This document shows positions 51,730-61,289 of a DNA stretch of 64,000 nucleotides, one piece after another. A program made the position numbers and the translations under genes. The stretch lies in NCBI GenBank assembly GCA_965215885.1, contig CBDCEW010000090.1, positions 32,001 to 96,000 of the forward strand, given 5' to 3'. A model generated the notes under the pieces. It worked only from the letters and a program-made list of their open reading frames with translations. It searched no databases and was not told where the DNA came from. The DNA comes from Candidatus Moanibacter sp. (lineage in GTDB: Bacteria; Verrucomicrobiota; Verrucomicrobiia; Opitutales; UBA2987). Position 1 is the stretch's first letter. Each line of letters begins with the position of its first letter.

Positions 51730-52566
51730 CTATTTAAATTCGGGGTGGAAGGGGTTATGTGCTTTTTCCTGGGCCACGGTCGTCATTGGACCGTGCCCCG
51801 CGCAGATGACTGTGTCGTCGGGGAGGGATAAAATCTTGGTCCGGTTATTTTCGAGGGCCTGTTGGTAGGTGCCGGGCACTCCTCCCATGGAGCTGGCAAA
51901 GAGGGAATCGCCGGCGATGGCGACGGGATGCTCTAAACCATTGACCACAAAAGTTGTTCCACCGGGAGAGTGACCGTGTGTCAGGCGAGATTCTATTCGC
52001 AGACCGCCAACATTGAAAACTGCGCCTTCATCGAAAAGTTCCGCACCACCCACTGGTTCCAGGCGATTTACATGGACAGGAGGATTCCCTGTCTCAGATT
52101 TCAGACGATCGAGATCCGCGATATGATCGCCATGCGTATGTGTCAGTAAAATGAGCCCAACATGCAATCCCTCATCGGCGATGGTAGCGAGAATACCCGT
52201 AACTGTCGCGCCTGTGTCGAACACGACCGCTTCTTTTGTATCTGGATCCCATATCAGATAGGAATTTACCGTCATCTCCTCGTAACCGGCGATTGGAAAC
52301 GGTGTATTGTATATTTCCAGGCCATTTAGGCTAACGTCTTCGGGAAACCAGGCCTTGAGACCGGCATCAATGAGAGAATCCGTATCCAGATTGAGTGCTG
52401 GGGCGACGGCGCGGGCGGTTGCTTCAAGATAAACTCCCGAATTCGCCGTATCGAGCTGTTCTTGTGTTATACCACACTTTGTGGTTAGTTCGGCATCGCT
52501 CAGTTTCAGGCCGCTTTGCGCCTTACCGATGATGTCCTCATAGAAGTCTTCAAGAGAGATTCTCAT
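51730..52566 (-). CDS. MBL-fold metallo-hydrolase with an N-terminal extension
   Basis: THTHGDH, GHSPG, GDSLF and GHGP motifs. Confidence 0.92.
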   Translation of the reverse strand: MRISLEDFYEDIIGKAQSGLKLSDAELTTKCGITQEQLDTANSGVYLEATARAVAPALNLDTDSLIDAGLKAWFPEDVSLNGLEIYNTPFPIAGYEEMTVNSYLIWDPDTKEAVVFDTGATVTGILATIADEGLHVGLILLTHTHGDHIADLDRLKSETGNPPVHVNRLEPVGGAELFDEGAVFNVGGLRIESRLTHGHSPGGTTFVVNGLEHPVAIAGDSLFASSMGGVPGTYQQALENNRTKILSLPDDTVICAGHGPMTTVAQEKAHNPFHPEFK

Positions 52567-52727
52567 GATTGAATACGCCTGGGTTTAGACAACAGCAAAG
52601 CTTCTGCGCTGTGGTGTCTTTTGGCAAGGATTTTTGTCACGACGAATCCTCGGTATTGGTGGTAGTCCCGCTGAAGGCATATGAGCGTGGATGGAAGGTC
52701 TCCTTTGTACTACCTTCTTGCGAAGAG

Positions 52728-52974
52728 TACGTGATTAGCGTGCCTTTGATTGCTGGCTGCCCCGGTCTTGTGCCGGGGTGGCGCGCGTTCCCTGCTATAT
52801 ACCGTGTGCTTCTACCAACCCCCACCCGTCCCTTCTCGCTCCAGTCCCGGGGCCCCGGGACTGGAGCGAGAAGGGACGGGCGGGGGGAGCACGGCGGCAA
52901 TTGCGTATTGTAGCTGTATACCGTGCGCCACCCCGGCACAAGACCGGGGCAGCCTCAGAAGCGCTAAACAGGTA
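52728..52974. repeat. Nested palindromic non-autonomous element (REPIN/MITE-like)
   Basis: Outer 13-bp imperfect IR; 30-bp perfect IR (52755-52784 / 52925-52954); central perfect 56-bp palindrome (52825-52880). Confidence 0.85.
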
Positions 52975-53137
52975 TTGCGAAGGCCGCTACGCGAGGAGCT
53001 TTACGGTTGCGTAGAGAGGTAGCCGCGCTCGGTAGAGCGTTTAGGAATATGTCGGTGTTCGATTCACCTGCAACATTCGATTGCGCCCAGATAGCGGAAA
53101 AACTCCGCCATTTCCAAAAGCGAAAACCGACAGATTC

Positions 53138-54016
53138 CTAGGCCGAAGCGGCGCGATTACTGGCGCCATAGGCACGGGATTGCTCGTCGGCATGGTAGGA
53201 TGACCGGACCAATGGTCCAGACTCGACAACGCCGAATCCCAGAGCGAGACCGTATTCCTTCCACTCGTGAAATTCCTCAGGCGTTACCCAGCGATCGATG
53301 GGAGCGTGATCGACGGTTGGTTGCAGATATTGTCCGATGGTGATAATTTCGACTCCAACCGAGCGCAAGTCGCCGAGGGTCTCCGCGATTTCGTTTTTCC
53401 GTTCGCCAATTCCAAGCATGATCCCGGATTTTGTGACGAAATCGCCGAACTTCGCGTGCTGCAGGATCGACAGTGTTCGCTCGTAGGTAGCCGACTTTCT
53501 TACTGGTTTTTGGAGGCGTCGGACGGTTTCCATGTTGTGATTGAGGATATCCGGCTTGGCATCGAGGACGGTGTCAAGGTCGTGCAGACGACCCCGGAAG
53601 TCCGGGATTAGGACTTCAATGGCTGTTTCAGGATTGCTGTGGCGGACCGCTCGAATCGTGGCGGCCCACACAGCCGCGCCTCCATCTTCGAGGTCGTCTC
53701 GGGCAACCGATGTGATGACGCAGTGCCGAAGGTGCATCTTTGCGACTGCCAATGCCACGCGTGCCGGTTCACCTAAGTCTAGTTCAATCGGGCGTCCGGT
53801 TTCTACCGCACAAAACGAGCAGGATCTTGTGCAAATATCACCCAGAATCATCAACGTGGCCGTTCCGCGCGTCCAGCATTCGCCGATATTTGGGCAGTGA
53901 GCGCTTTGACAGACAGTATGAAGATCATTCGTCTCAATAATCCTTCGAACACCCTCGAAACCCGGACCCGAGGGAAGCCTCGCACGGAGCCACTTTGGTT
54001 TACTATTTTGAGTCAC
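53138..54016 (-). CDS. lipA: Lipoyl synthase
   Basis: CQSAHCPNIGEC, CTRSCSFC and LVRSSYHA motifs. Confidence 0.97.
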   Translation of the reverse strand: MTQNSKPKWLRARLPSGPGFEGVRRIIETNDLHTVCQSAHCPNIGECWTRGTATLMILGDICTRSCSFCAVETGRPIELDLGEPARVALAVAKMHLRHCVITSVARDDLEDGGAAVWAATIRAVRHSNPETAIEVLIPDFRGRLHDLDTVLDAKPDILNHNMETVRRLQKPVRKSATYERTLSILQHAKFGDFVTKSGIMLGIGERKNEIAETLGDLRSVGVEIITIGQYLQPTVDHAPIDRWVTPEEFHEWKEYGLALGFGVVESGPLVRSSYHADEQSRAYGASNRAASA

Positions 54017-54131
54017 GGAAAGATTCTACGACCGTTAAGATGACGACATAATCGCTTTAGTTCCAATCGGTGTGGTGAGTAATCACGATCTCCCAGACTT
54101 TGTAATTGTTTGACCATTGAGAGCAATACCT

Positions 54132-54179
54132 AATCGGAATCGCCCGGTCTGCCGACCGGCAGACCGGGCGATTCCGATT
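54132..54179. repeat. Perfect 23-bp-stem hairpin
   Basis: AATCGGAATCGCCCGGTCTGCCG-AC-CGGCAGACCGGGCGATTCCGATT, directly after the DUF456 stop. Confidence 0.8.
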
Positions 54180-54668
54180 TCACGGAAGCCAGACAAAGAA
54201 ACCAGCGATCAGAATCATTGTAACTGCCATTTTAAAGAAGAAGGCAACAATTCCTCCGACCACGGTGCCTAATCCGGCCTTGCCCGCCTCTCGGACTTTT
54301 CGGCCACCAAGAATCTCGCCAACGATTGCGCCAATTACAGGGCCGAGTATCAGTCCGATGACGTTAAAGAGAAGCATTCCAATGATTCCACCGAATACGG
54401 CCCCTAGGCCACCCCTCCAGGTCGCACCAAATCTCTTCGCTCCCCAGTAGGTAAATACGATATCGACGACTTGCGCGGTGAGGACCAGCGCAGTGGCGAT
54501 ACCGAAAAAGAGCCAGGAGATGGAAGCATCCCATAGCCACATTTTGTGAACGAGTATGCCTATCCAAGTGACGACAGTTCCTGGAAATATCGGCAGAAAT
54601 GACATGATGAAACCGGCCAGGAAGAAGAGAACTGTAACCGCGAGGGCAATTTGAGTTTCGTAAGGCAT
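54180..54668 (-). CDS. DUF456 family membrane protein
   Basis: LPIFPG, GAKRFGATW.G and LILGPVIGAIVGE motifs. Confidence 0.88.
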   Translation of the reverse strand: MPYETQIALAVTVLFFLAGFIMSFLPIFPGTVVTWIGILVHKMWLWDASISWLFFGIATALVLTAQVVDIVFTYWGAKRFGATWRGGLGAVFGGIIGMLLFNVIGLILGPVIGAIVGEILGGRKVREAGKAGLGTVVGGIVAFFFKMAVTMILIAGFFVWLP

Positions 54669-54869
54669 TCTCGATTTTTCAAAACAATGGGGTAAATTGT
54701 TGCCTAGCGGTCTGTCGGACTTATATGTCTCTTTCCGAAGAGTGACTCGGTTTAAATCCGATCCAGGCTAGGAGCCTTTCGGACTTTCTCCGCAGGCTCC
54801 AAGATACAAGAAAATGAAACTGAGATTTGTGGGAAAGTGGTCGAATTATTCTTCTGCTGATACGCGCCA

Positions 54870-55214
54870 ATGATCAGACTTCACGAATCGTTTGCTTCAG
54901 GTCTGCCGGAACAGATCTTCTCTCCGGGGGAGCTTGTACATCACAAGCGCTATGATTACAGGGGAGTTGTTGTCGAATACAATCCTACATGCCAGGCCGA
55001 TGAAGCGTGGTATAAAGGTAATAAGACACAACCTGATCGCAATCAACCATGGTATCATGTGCTTGTCCATGGCGGTCAGCAAGTGACCTACGTGGCGCAA
55101 ATAAATCTCGAACCGGACAATACCAGTGATCCTGTCAGCCACCCATTGGTTGATTATTTCTTCAGTGGGTTTGAGAGTGGAGTCTATATTCGCAACGATA
55201 GACCGTGGCCGTAA
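54870..55214 (+). CDS. hspQ: Heat shock protein HspQ / YccV-like
   Basis: HKRYDYRGVV, QPWYHVLV, TYVAQ.NL and HP motifs. Confidence 0.88.
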   Translation: MIRLHESFASGLPEQIFSPGELVHHKRYDYRGVVVEYNPTCQADEAWYKGNKTQPDRNQPWYHVLVHGGQQVTYVAQINLEPDNTSDPVSHPLVDYFFSGFESGVYIRNDRPWP

Positions 55215-55278
55215 GGGTAGGGGCGGAAACTCAAACAAACAATTTTTCAAAAGTTCCGAATATTCTGATACGCTACTT

Positions 55279-56751
55279 ATGACCGAGGCTCAAAAAGAGA
55301 ATACGAATGATCTTTACGAGGTCAGGCTAAGGAAGCTTCAGGAGATGCGAGATCGGGGATGTGATCCCTTCAGGGCCAATTTCGAAGTCTCGCACACCTC
55401 CGCCGAAGCAATCTCGGCATATGCCGGAGACGACACCGAGGATACGGTCTCAGTTAGGGTGGCGGGGCGTATCGTGATTCGGCGGCTCATGGGAAAGGCG
55501 GCCTTTGTCAAAATTCTGGATCAGACGGGACAGATACAGCTTTACTTTCGGCGAGATGAAATCGGCGCCGAAAATTACGCGGAATTTAAGAAGCTCGACA
55601 TAGGCGATTTTATCGGAGTTGAGGGACCACTCTTTAGAACGAAAACTGGAGAGATCACAATCCGCGCAAGGAAGTATAGAATAGTAGCCAAGGCCTTGCG
55701 CCCGTTACCGGAAAAATGGCATGGCCTTTCCGACGATGAGCAGATTTATCGGAAGCGCTACCTGGATCTCATTGTTAACCGGGAATCTCGCGATCGATTT
55801 CTTACACGCAGTCGAATTGTATCTCGCATCAGGAGGTTTCTCGATGAGCGCGGATTCATTGAAGTAGAAACTCCAGTCCTTTTAGGTGAAGCAGGCGGCG
55901 CGGCGGCGCGCCCTTTTGTGACCCATTTCGGCGCTCTAGACTGTGATTTCTATTTGCGAATCGCCCTCGAATTGCATCTGAAACGGCTTCTTGTGGGGGG
56001 ATTTGATCGTGTTTTTGAGATTGGGAGGATATTTCGAAACGAGGGTCTCTCCCGCAGACATAATCCCGAATTCACGATGCTCGAGATTTATCAGGCTTAT
56101 ACCGATTACCGTGGTATGATGAGCCTGGTGAGAGATCTGATTCAGACAGTCTGTAAGGATATCCTTCGGTCAACCAGTGTGGAGCGTCACGATGGTCAAG
56201 TTATTGAGTTTGATGGCGAATGGCGAGAAGCGCGTTACAGGGATCTTGTAATCGAAGCGACGAAAGAGGAGAACTGGTTTGAATTTTCCAAGACTGATAA
56301 GCTCTCTCGTTGCCGGGATCTCGAAATCGAGGTGGCTTCGGATTTACAGGACTTCGAAATTACTAACAATGTCTTTGAAAAACTTATTGAACCCACCCTC
56401 ATACAGCCGACCTTTGTGACGCATTTGCCGAAAGAGTTGGTCCCATTAGCGAAAATAAATGCAGATGATTCCTCCACTGTAGATGTGTTTGAACTCTGTG
56501 TCGGAGGCCAGGAAATCGCGCCGGCCTATTCAGAGCAAAATGACCCGTTTGTACAACGGGAGATGTTTGAAGCGCAAGCGGGTGAGGAGATTCAGAATAT
56601 TGATGAAGACTTTCTCACAGCTCTGGAGCATGGAATGCCGCCGGCCGGGGGGATGGGTTTGGGTATCGACCGGCTCTGTATTTTGCTCACAGGTGCGGCA
56701 AGTATACGTGATACGATTCTCTTTCCTTCACTGCGGCCAAGAGAAGATTGA
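55279..56751 (+). CDS. lysS: Lysyl-tRNA synthetase (class II)
   Basis: LRPLPEKWHGL, YRKRYLDL, FRNEG...HNPEFTMLE and GMPPAGGMGLGIDRL motifs. Confidence 0.98.
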   Translation: MTEAQKENTNDLYEVRLRKLQEMRDRGCDPFRANFEVSHTSAEAISAYAGDDTEDTVSVRVAGRIVIRRLMGKAAFVKILDQTGQIQLYFRRDEIGAENYAEFKKLDIGDFIGVEGPLFRTKTGEITIRARKYRIVAKALRPLPEKWHGLSDDEQIYRKRYLDLIVNRESRDRFLTRSRIVSRIRRFLDERGFIEVETPVLLGEAGGAAARPFVTHFGALDCDFYLRIALELHLKRLLVGGFDRVFEIGRIFRNEGLSRRHNPEFTMLEIYQAYTDYRGMMSLVRDLIQTVCKDILRSTSVERHDGQVIEFDGEWREARYRDLVIEATKEENWFEFSKTDKLSRCRDLEIEVASDLQDFEITNNVFEKLIEPTLIQPTFVTHLPKELVPLAKINADDSSTVDVFELCVGGQEIAPAYSEQNDPFVQREMFEAQAGEEIQNIDEDFLTALEHGMPPAGGMGLGIDRLCILLTGAASIRDTILFPSLRPRED

Positions 56752-56764
56752 AAGGCCAATTAGG

Positions 56765-56945
56765 AAAGGAGATATTGAGAGTTGAATAAGGAAAGCAGGA
56801 ATGCAGGAAATTCAAAGTATTGCGGTCCAAGCGGACCACCAGTTGAAAAGAGACTGAACTTCGAACATTCAATGAACTTTGAACTCCGTAGGTCCCTACT
56901 TCGATGTTGGGTCCCGCTGGGCGGGATTCGATGTTGGATGTTCAA
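56765..56945. repeat. Intergenic repeat cluster, inverted homologue of 722-833
   Basis: Shared blocks in the same relative order, plus an extra hairpin at 56912-56926. Confidence 0.7.
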
Positions 56946-57053
56946 TCAATCCGCGGTGTTCTCGAATCCGTGGGGCTACTATTCCTCTCTTATTCCTCTT
57001 CGTTTCTCTCCAAACAGCGGTATAAGATTTTTTTGGTAGGATTTCTTCTTCCC

Positions 57054-58286
57054 ATGATTCCGTGGTATCTCTATCTCGCTTTAAAGCAGCTTTTCCCTTC
57101 AGGCAGGCGCGTTTCCTTCTTTTTCCTCATATCGGTGTGCGGTGTGATGCTGGGGGTGATGATTCTTGTAATCGTACAGAGTGTTATGGGTGGTTTCGGG
57201 ATGACCTATCGGGAGAAAATAGTCGCAACAAATGGTCACCTCCGAATCGAAACCGGGGAAGTCATCTTCGGTTATTCGGAGCTTCTGAACTCTATCACGG
57301 CGAATCCCGCAGTCCGTGCCGCCGCTCCATATGCGCAGGGCGTTATCATGCTGCAGCATGATAATCGTCCCGCCTTTCCAATTCTTCGCGGTATCGACAT
57401 TGAACTCGAGCCGGAAGTGATACCGATCAATGAGTTCATCATTATCGGCGGATTGGATGGTCTCGACGATGACTCCGTGCTTTTGAGCAATGGACTTGCT
57501 GCTTCTATTGGTGCGACGCTTGGATCCGAGATCGAGATCTACACGCCCCTCATGCTGGAGAAGATCAAGCAAGACGAGATTCTCCTGCCCCGCGAACTTT
57601 CCGTGGCGGGAATTTATGAGACGGGATGGAACGATTTCGACAGCAACACGATGGTGGGGACGTTGCGGCTGATGCAGGAGTTATACAATCTTCGTGGCGG
57701 AATCCTCGGCATCACCGTGCGATTGAAGCCCGGATACGATGAGGAGCAAGTAGCCCGGGAAATGAGTTCTCAATTCCCTCCTCCAAACCGTGTTCTAACC
57801 TGGCTGGACATGTATGAAGATCTACTTTGGATCTTAAGACTCGAGAAGAATATGATGTTTTTTCTCCTCATATTCATCGTTATTGTGGCGGCGTTTGTCA
57901 TCGCTATAGCTCAATTGCTAACGGTTCTCAGGAAGACGCGCGAAATCGGTCTTTTGGCCGCTTTGGGCGGAAAACCACGGCAGCTCATGGCTTGTTTCTG
58001 CTTTCAGGGGTTCTTTATCGGGGTGCTTGGAACGGCTTTGGGGATCCTGGTCGCGCTTGTGGCCCTCTACTTTCGCAACGATATCATTTATGGTTTCTCG
58101 AAGCTCACAGGCAGTGAGGAAGTGCTGCTTCGATTTTACCAGTTTGCCCGCTTGCCGGTGCATTATACTTCCGGTGACTTCATCGTTATATCGGTCAGCG
58201 CTCTTCTCCTTACTACACTGGCAGGACTGATTCCTGCCTGGAGAGCGGCTCGTATGAAACCGGCCGAAGCTTTACGCAGTGAATGA
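57054..58286 (+). CDS. Lipoprotein-releasing ABC permease LolC/E family
   Basis: GVMLGV..LVIVQSVMGGF, KTREIGLL and PAWRAA..PAEALR motifs. Confidence 0.92.
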   Translation: MIPWYLYLALKQLFPSGRRVSFFFLISVCGVMLGVMILVIVQSVMGGFGMTYREKIVATNGHLRIETGEVIFGYSELLNSITANPAVRAAAPYAQGVIMLQHDNRPAFPILRGIDIELEPEVIPINEFIIIGGLDGLDDDSVLLSNGLAASIGATLGSEIEIYTPLMLEKIKQDEILLPRELSVAGIYETGWNDFDSNTMVGTLRLMQELYNLRGGILGITVRLKPGYDEEQVAREMSSQFPPPNRVLTWLDMYEDLLWILRLEKNMMFFLLIFIVIVAAFVIAIAQLLTVLRKTREIGLLAALGGKPRQLMACFCFQGFFIGVLGTALGILVALVALYFRNDIIYGFSKLTGSEEVLLRFYQFARLPVHYTSGDFIVISVSALLLTTLAGLIPAWRAARMKPAEALRSE

Positions 58287-58965
58287 TGCTTCAGCAGTAT
58301 TGACGGCGCGTGCGATTACGAAGGATTTTCGAAGTGGAGGCCGTAGAATTTCGGTTCTTCAGGGAGCCGATTTGGAAGTTTCCCAAGGTGAGAGTGTTAG
58401 CATCCGCGGGGAGTCTGGATGTGGAAAGACGACCTTCCTCAATATTGTCGCGGGTTTGGAGAATCCGGATACTGGAGACATCGCCTGGGGCGGTTGTGAG
58501 GTCAATGTGTTGTCCCCGACGAAACTTGCAGATATGCGCTCCGGGTGGATCGGTATGGTCTTTCAAGCTTACTACCTGATACCCGAATTAGACACTCTCG
58601 AAAACGTAGTCATGGCCGCGCGGATTTCGGGTTCTTATGGCGAAAAGGTAAAGCGGCGGGCCGGGGAGCTTCTCACTCGCGTTGGGCTTGGCGAGCGTCA
58701 GCATAGTTCAACGACTCATCTCTCAGGAGGGGAACGCCAGCGGGTGGCGGTGGCGCGGGCTCTCATGAACATCCCGGCCATTGTTTTGGCGGATGAGCCG
58801 ACCGGTAACCTGGATGAGAAAACGGCCCGGGGCGTAATGGATCTGCTCCTGGAAATTTGCAGGGAGGAGAACGCCGGTTTGATTCTTGTTACCCATAACC
58901 CCGAGTTTGCCAAACGCACCGATCGCCAAATCCTACTGCATGATGGAGCGTTTGAGGAGGTTTGA
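58279..58965 (+). CDS. lolD: Lipoprotein-releasing ABC ATP-binding protein
   Basis: GESGCGKT, LSGGERQRVAVARAL and ADEPTGNLD motifs. Confidence 0.9.
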   Translation: MNDASAVLTARAITKDFRSGGRRISVLQGADLEVSQGESVSIRGESGCGKTTFLNIVAGLENPDTGDIAWGGCEVNVLSPTKLADMRSGWIGMVFQAYYLIPELDTLENVVMAARISGSYGEKVKRRAGELLTRVGLGERQHSSTTHLSGGERQRVAVARALMNIPAIVLADEPTGNLDEKTARGVMDLLLEICREENAGLILVTHNPEFAKRTDRQILLHDGAFEEV

Positions 58966-59249
58966 AGCTCTTCCACCCGCTAGGGAACTTCGGCGCGAGC
59001 TTTGTCGTCAACTTCGTCGTTCTTCCCGGTCGATCCCTCGTCCAGGCTTACGATAAAGCTTGCGACGAAGTTTGGAGAAGATTTGCACGCCGTAAGGAAT
59101 CCTTTGTCGTCAAAGCGACTTATTGGCTCCTCAGTCGGCACGACGAGATCCACGCGCGATAGTTCTCGACGTATTCGCGGGAAAGTCGAAATACTGTTCT
59201 TCTGCCATTCCAGGAAATTTTGGGTGAAGCTTACGAGAAAAGCGGGCTA

Positions 59250-59435
59250 ATGCATCCGGAACAGAAAAAGATCTTCGCGGCCATGACACCGGAGAGGAAA
59301 CTTCAAGTAGCCTCACTTCTTTTCCGTTCGGCATGGCAGCTCAAGTGGGCCGGGGTGAAAGCTCAGCATCCCGATTGGTCTGACGAAAAAATCCGCGACA
59401 GAGTAAAAAAGAGTTTCCTCTATGCTCGAGACTAA
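59250..59435 (+). CDS. Small protein, putative antitoxin partner
   Basis: 61 aa, MTPERKL...G.KAQHPDWS; overlaps the downstream NTase start. Confidence 0.65.
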   Translation: MHPEQKKIFAAMTPERKLQVASLLFRSAWQLKWAGVKAQHPDWSDEKIRDRVKKSFLYARD

Positions 59436-59991
59436 CCTTTTTCTGACTTTCACGCACCCGCTCAATGAGCTGGATATTCCTTACATGGTTACGGGTGCGG
59501 TGGCCGCGATCTTCTATGGAGAGCCCCGTTTGACCCACGACGTGGATCTGGTCATCGAGTTGGACAGGGCGATCGTTCCCTCCGTCTGCAGGGCTTTTCC
59601 TATTGAACGATTTTACTGTCCCCCTGAAGAGATCATAGTATGTGAAGCGACAAGAAGCGCCCGTGGGCATTTCAACATAATCCACCACGAGTCAGGGTTT
59701 AAAGCAGATATTTATCTCGTTGGAGAAGATCGCCTGCATGGATGGGGAATGGCTAACCGGCGTCGAGTTGAAGTAGAGAACGATTTCTTGTGGCTGGCGC
59801 CGCCGGAATACGTGATTCTTCGAAAATTGGAGTACCACCATGAAGGAGGATCAGAAAAGCATATCCGAGACATTCACGGCATGATTGAAATTTCTGGAGA
59901 TACCTTTGATCTTAAATTGATCACAGAGAAAGCTGTGGAAATGGGGACCGGCAGCGTTTGGAAAAGATTTAGGGAGATTGATACCCTCTAA
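59422..59991 (+). CDS. Pol-beta-like nucleotidyltransferase, putative TA component
   Basis: PYMVTGAVA...GEPRLTHDVDLV, KADIY and PE.VILRKL...KH.RD motifs. Confidence 0.8.
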   Translation: MLETNLFLTFTHPLNELDIPYMVTGAVAAIFYGEPRLTHDVDLVIELDRAIVPSVCRAFPIERFYCPPEEIIVCEATRSARGHFNIIHHESGFKADIYLVGEDRLHGWGMANRRRVEVENDFLWLAPPEYVILRKLEYHHEGGSEKHIRDIHGMIEISGDTFDLKLITEKAVEMGTGSVWKRFREIDTL

Positions 59992-60083
59992 AAGGCGGTT
60001 GGCTCTTAGGTTTTACGCGATTAGCGTTATTGCTTGTGGTCTTAATATTCTTGCAGATTTAATTCGCCGGTCGGCCTTCCTGA

Positions 60084-60156
60084 CCACGTTCTTGCGAACG
60101 CGGCTACAAATATTAACGACTTACTGAGCGTTGTAGCCGCGTTCGCAAGAACGTGG
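60084..60156. repeat. REP doublet (REPIN/RIB-like)
   Basis: Perfect 26-bp IR (60084-60109 / 60131-60156); arm TTGTAGCCGCGTTCGCAAGAACGTGG has GTAG plus a hairpin. Confidence 0.8.
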
Positions 60157-60259
60157 AGGTTTTCAGCAGAATCAGCACTATGGCTCGACCCCTTTGCTTT
60201 CAACATCGAACCAAGGCACTCTCTATCACGCTAAACGCGTAATTTGTGTTCTTCAGGAA

Positions 60260-61216
60260 ATGGAAGAGGAGGAGCGAATAAAATGCGGAGTCGCGGGAGT
60301 GGGCTATCTCGGTCAGCACCATGCGCGCATTTATGGAGAGTTAGACAACTGCGAGCTTGTGGGCGTCTTCGATGTCGACGAAAGCCGATCGAGAGAAATT
60401 GGAGAAGCCAACAACTGTCAGTGTTACCGCTCTCTTAACGAATTGGCGGATGCCTGTCATGCGGTCAGCGTGTCGGTGCCCACAGACAAGCACGGTGAGG
60501 TAGCAATCGCTCTTCTGGAAGCCGGTTGTCACATTCTAATCGAAAAGCCGCTTTGCACGAGCTTGAGGGAGGCGGAAGAAATCTTGGCGGCGGCCAGGAA
60601 TTCGGGAACGATTGTGCAGGTCGGGCATATCGAGCACTTCAATCCCGTGATGGCGTTTCTGGAGCAAGCGGTCAATCAACCGATGTACATCACAGCCGAT
60701 CGTTTAGCGCCTTTCGATGCTCGCGGCACGGAAGTCGGAGTCGTGCTCGATCTTATGATCCATGATATTGGAGTGATTCTTACTCTGGTGAAATCTTCAA
60801 TCGCGAAGATTGAGAGTGTAGGTGTGAGCGTGTTATCCCGCACGGAGGATATCGCCAATGCCCGGATAGTTTTCGAGAGTGGTTGTGTGGCGAACATAAA
60901 CGCGAGTCGGGTAAGTCAGAAAAAGGTTCGTGAGATTCGCGTCTTTCAATCGAACGCTTATCTCTCACTCGATTTCATGAATCAGAAGGGCCACCTGATG
61001 CGGAAGGAAGGGGTTCAACTCAGTCGCGAAGAGATTCCGATCGAGAAGGGAGAACCACTCTCCCTTGAGATCGATTCCTTTGTCGAATGTGTGTCGCGCT
61101 TTAAAGAGCCAAAGGTCGGAGCCACTCTGGGTAAATCTGCCCTGGAGGTAGCAATCCAGATAACGGAGCAGATTAGCGAGGTATCAAAGAATCAATCTCA
61201 CAACGAATGCGGATAA
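60260..61216 (+). CDS. Gfo/Idh/MocA family oxidoreductase (possibly GnnA-like, next to lpxB)
   Basis: GVGYLGQHHAR, IEKP, QVGHIEHFNP and DLMIHD motifs. Confidence 0.9.
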   Translation: MEEEERIKCGVAGVGYLGQHHARIYGELDNCELVGVFDVDESRSREIGEANNCQCYRSLNELADACHAVSVSVPTDKHGEVAIALLEAGCHILIEKPLCTSLREAEEILAAARNSGTIVQVGHIEHFNPVMAFLEQAVNQPMYITADRLAPFDARGTEVGVVLDLMIHDIGVILTLVKSSIAKIESVGVSVLSRTEDIANARIVFESGCVANINASRVSQKKVREIRVFQSNAYLSLDFMNQKGHLMRKEGVQLSREEIPIEKGEPLSLEIDSFVECVSRFKEPKVGATLGKSALEVAIQITEQISEVSKNQSHNECG

Positions 61217-61289
61217 CTATTCACCGGAGGCAATTCGGGCTGGCGCCCTCATGCCTCAGTGAGCCGTTAAGGTTAGCAGTCCGAGCGAA

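Noticed and set aside
52569..53229. Several short ORFs across the palindromic element
   Set aside because: GC-rich palindrome translations with no protein motifs.
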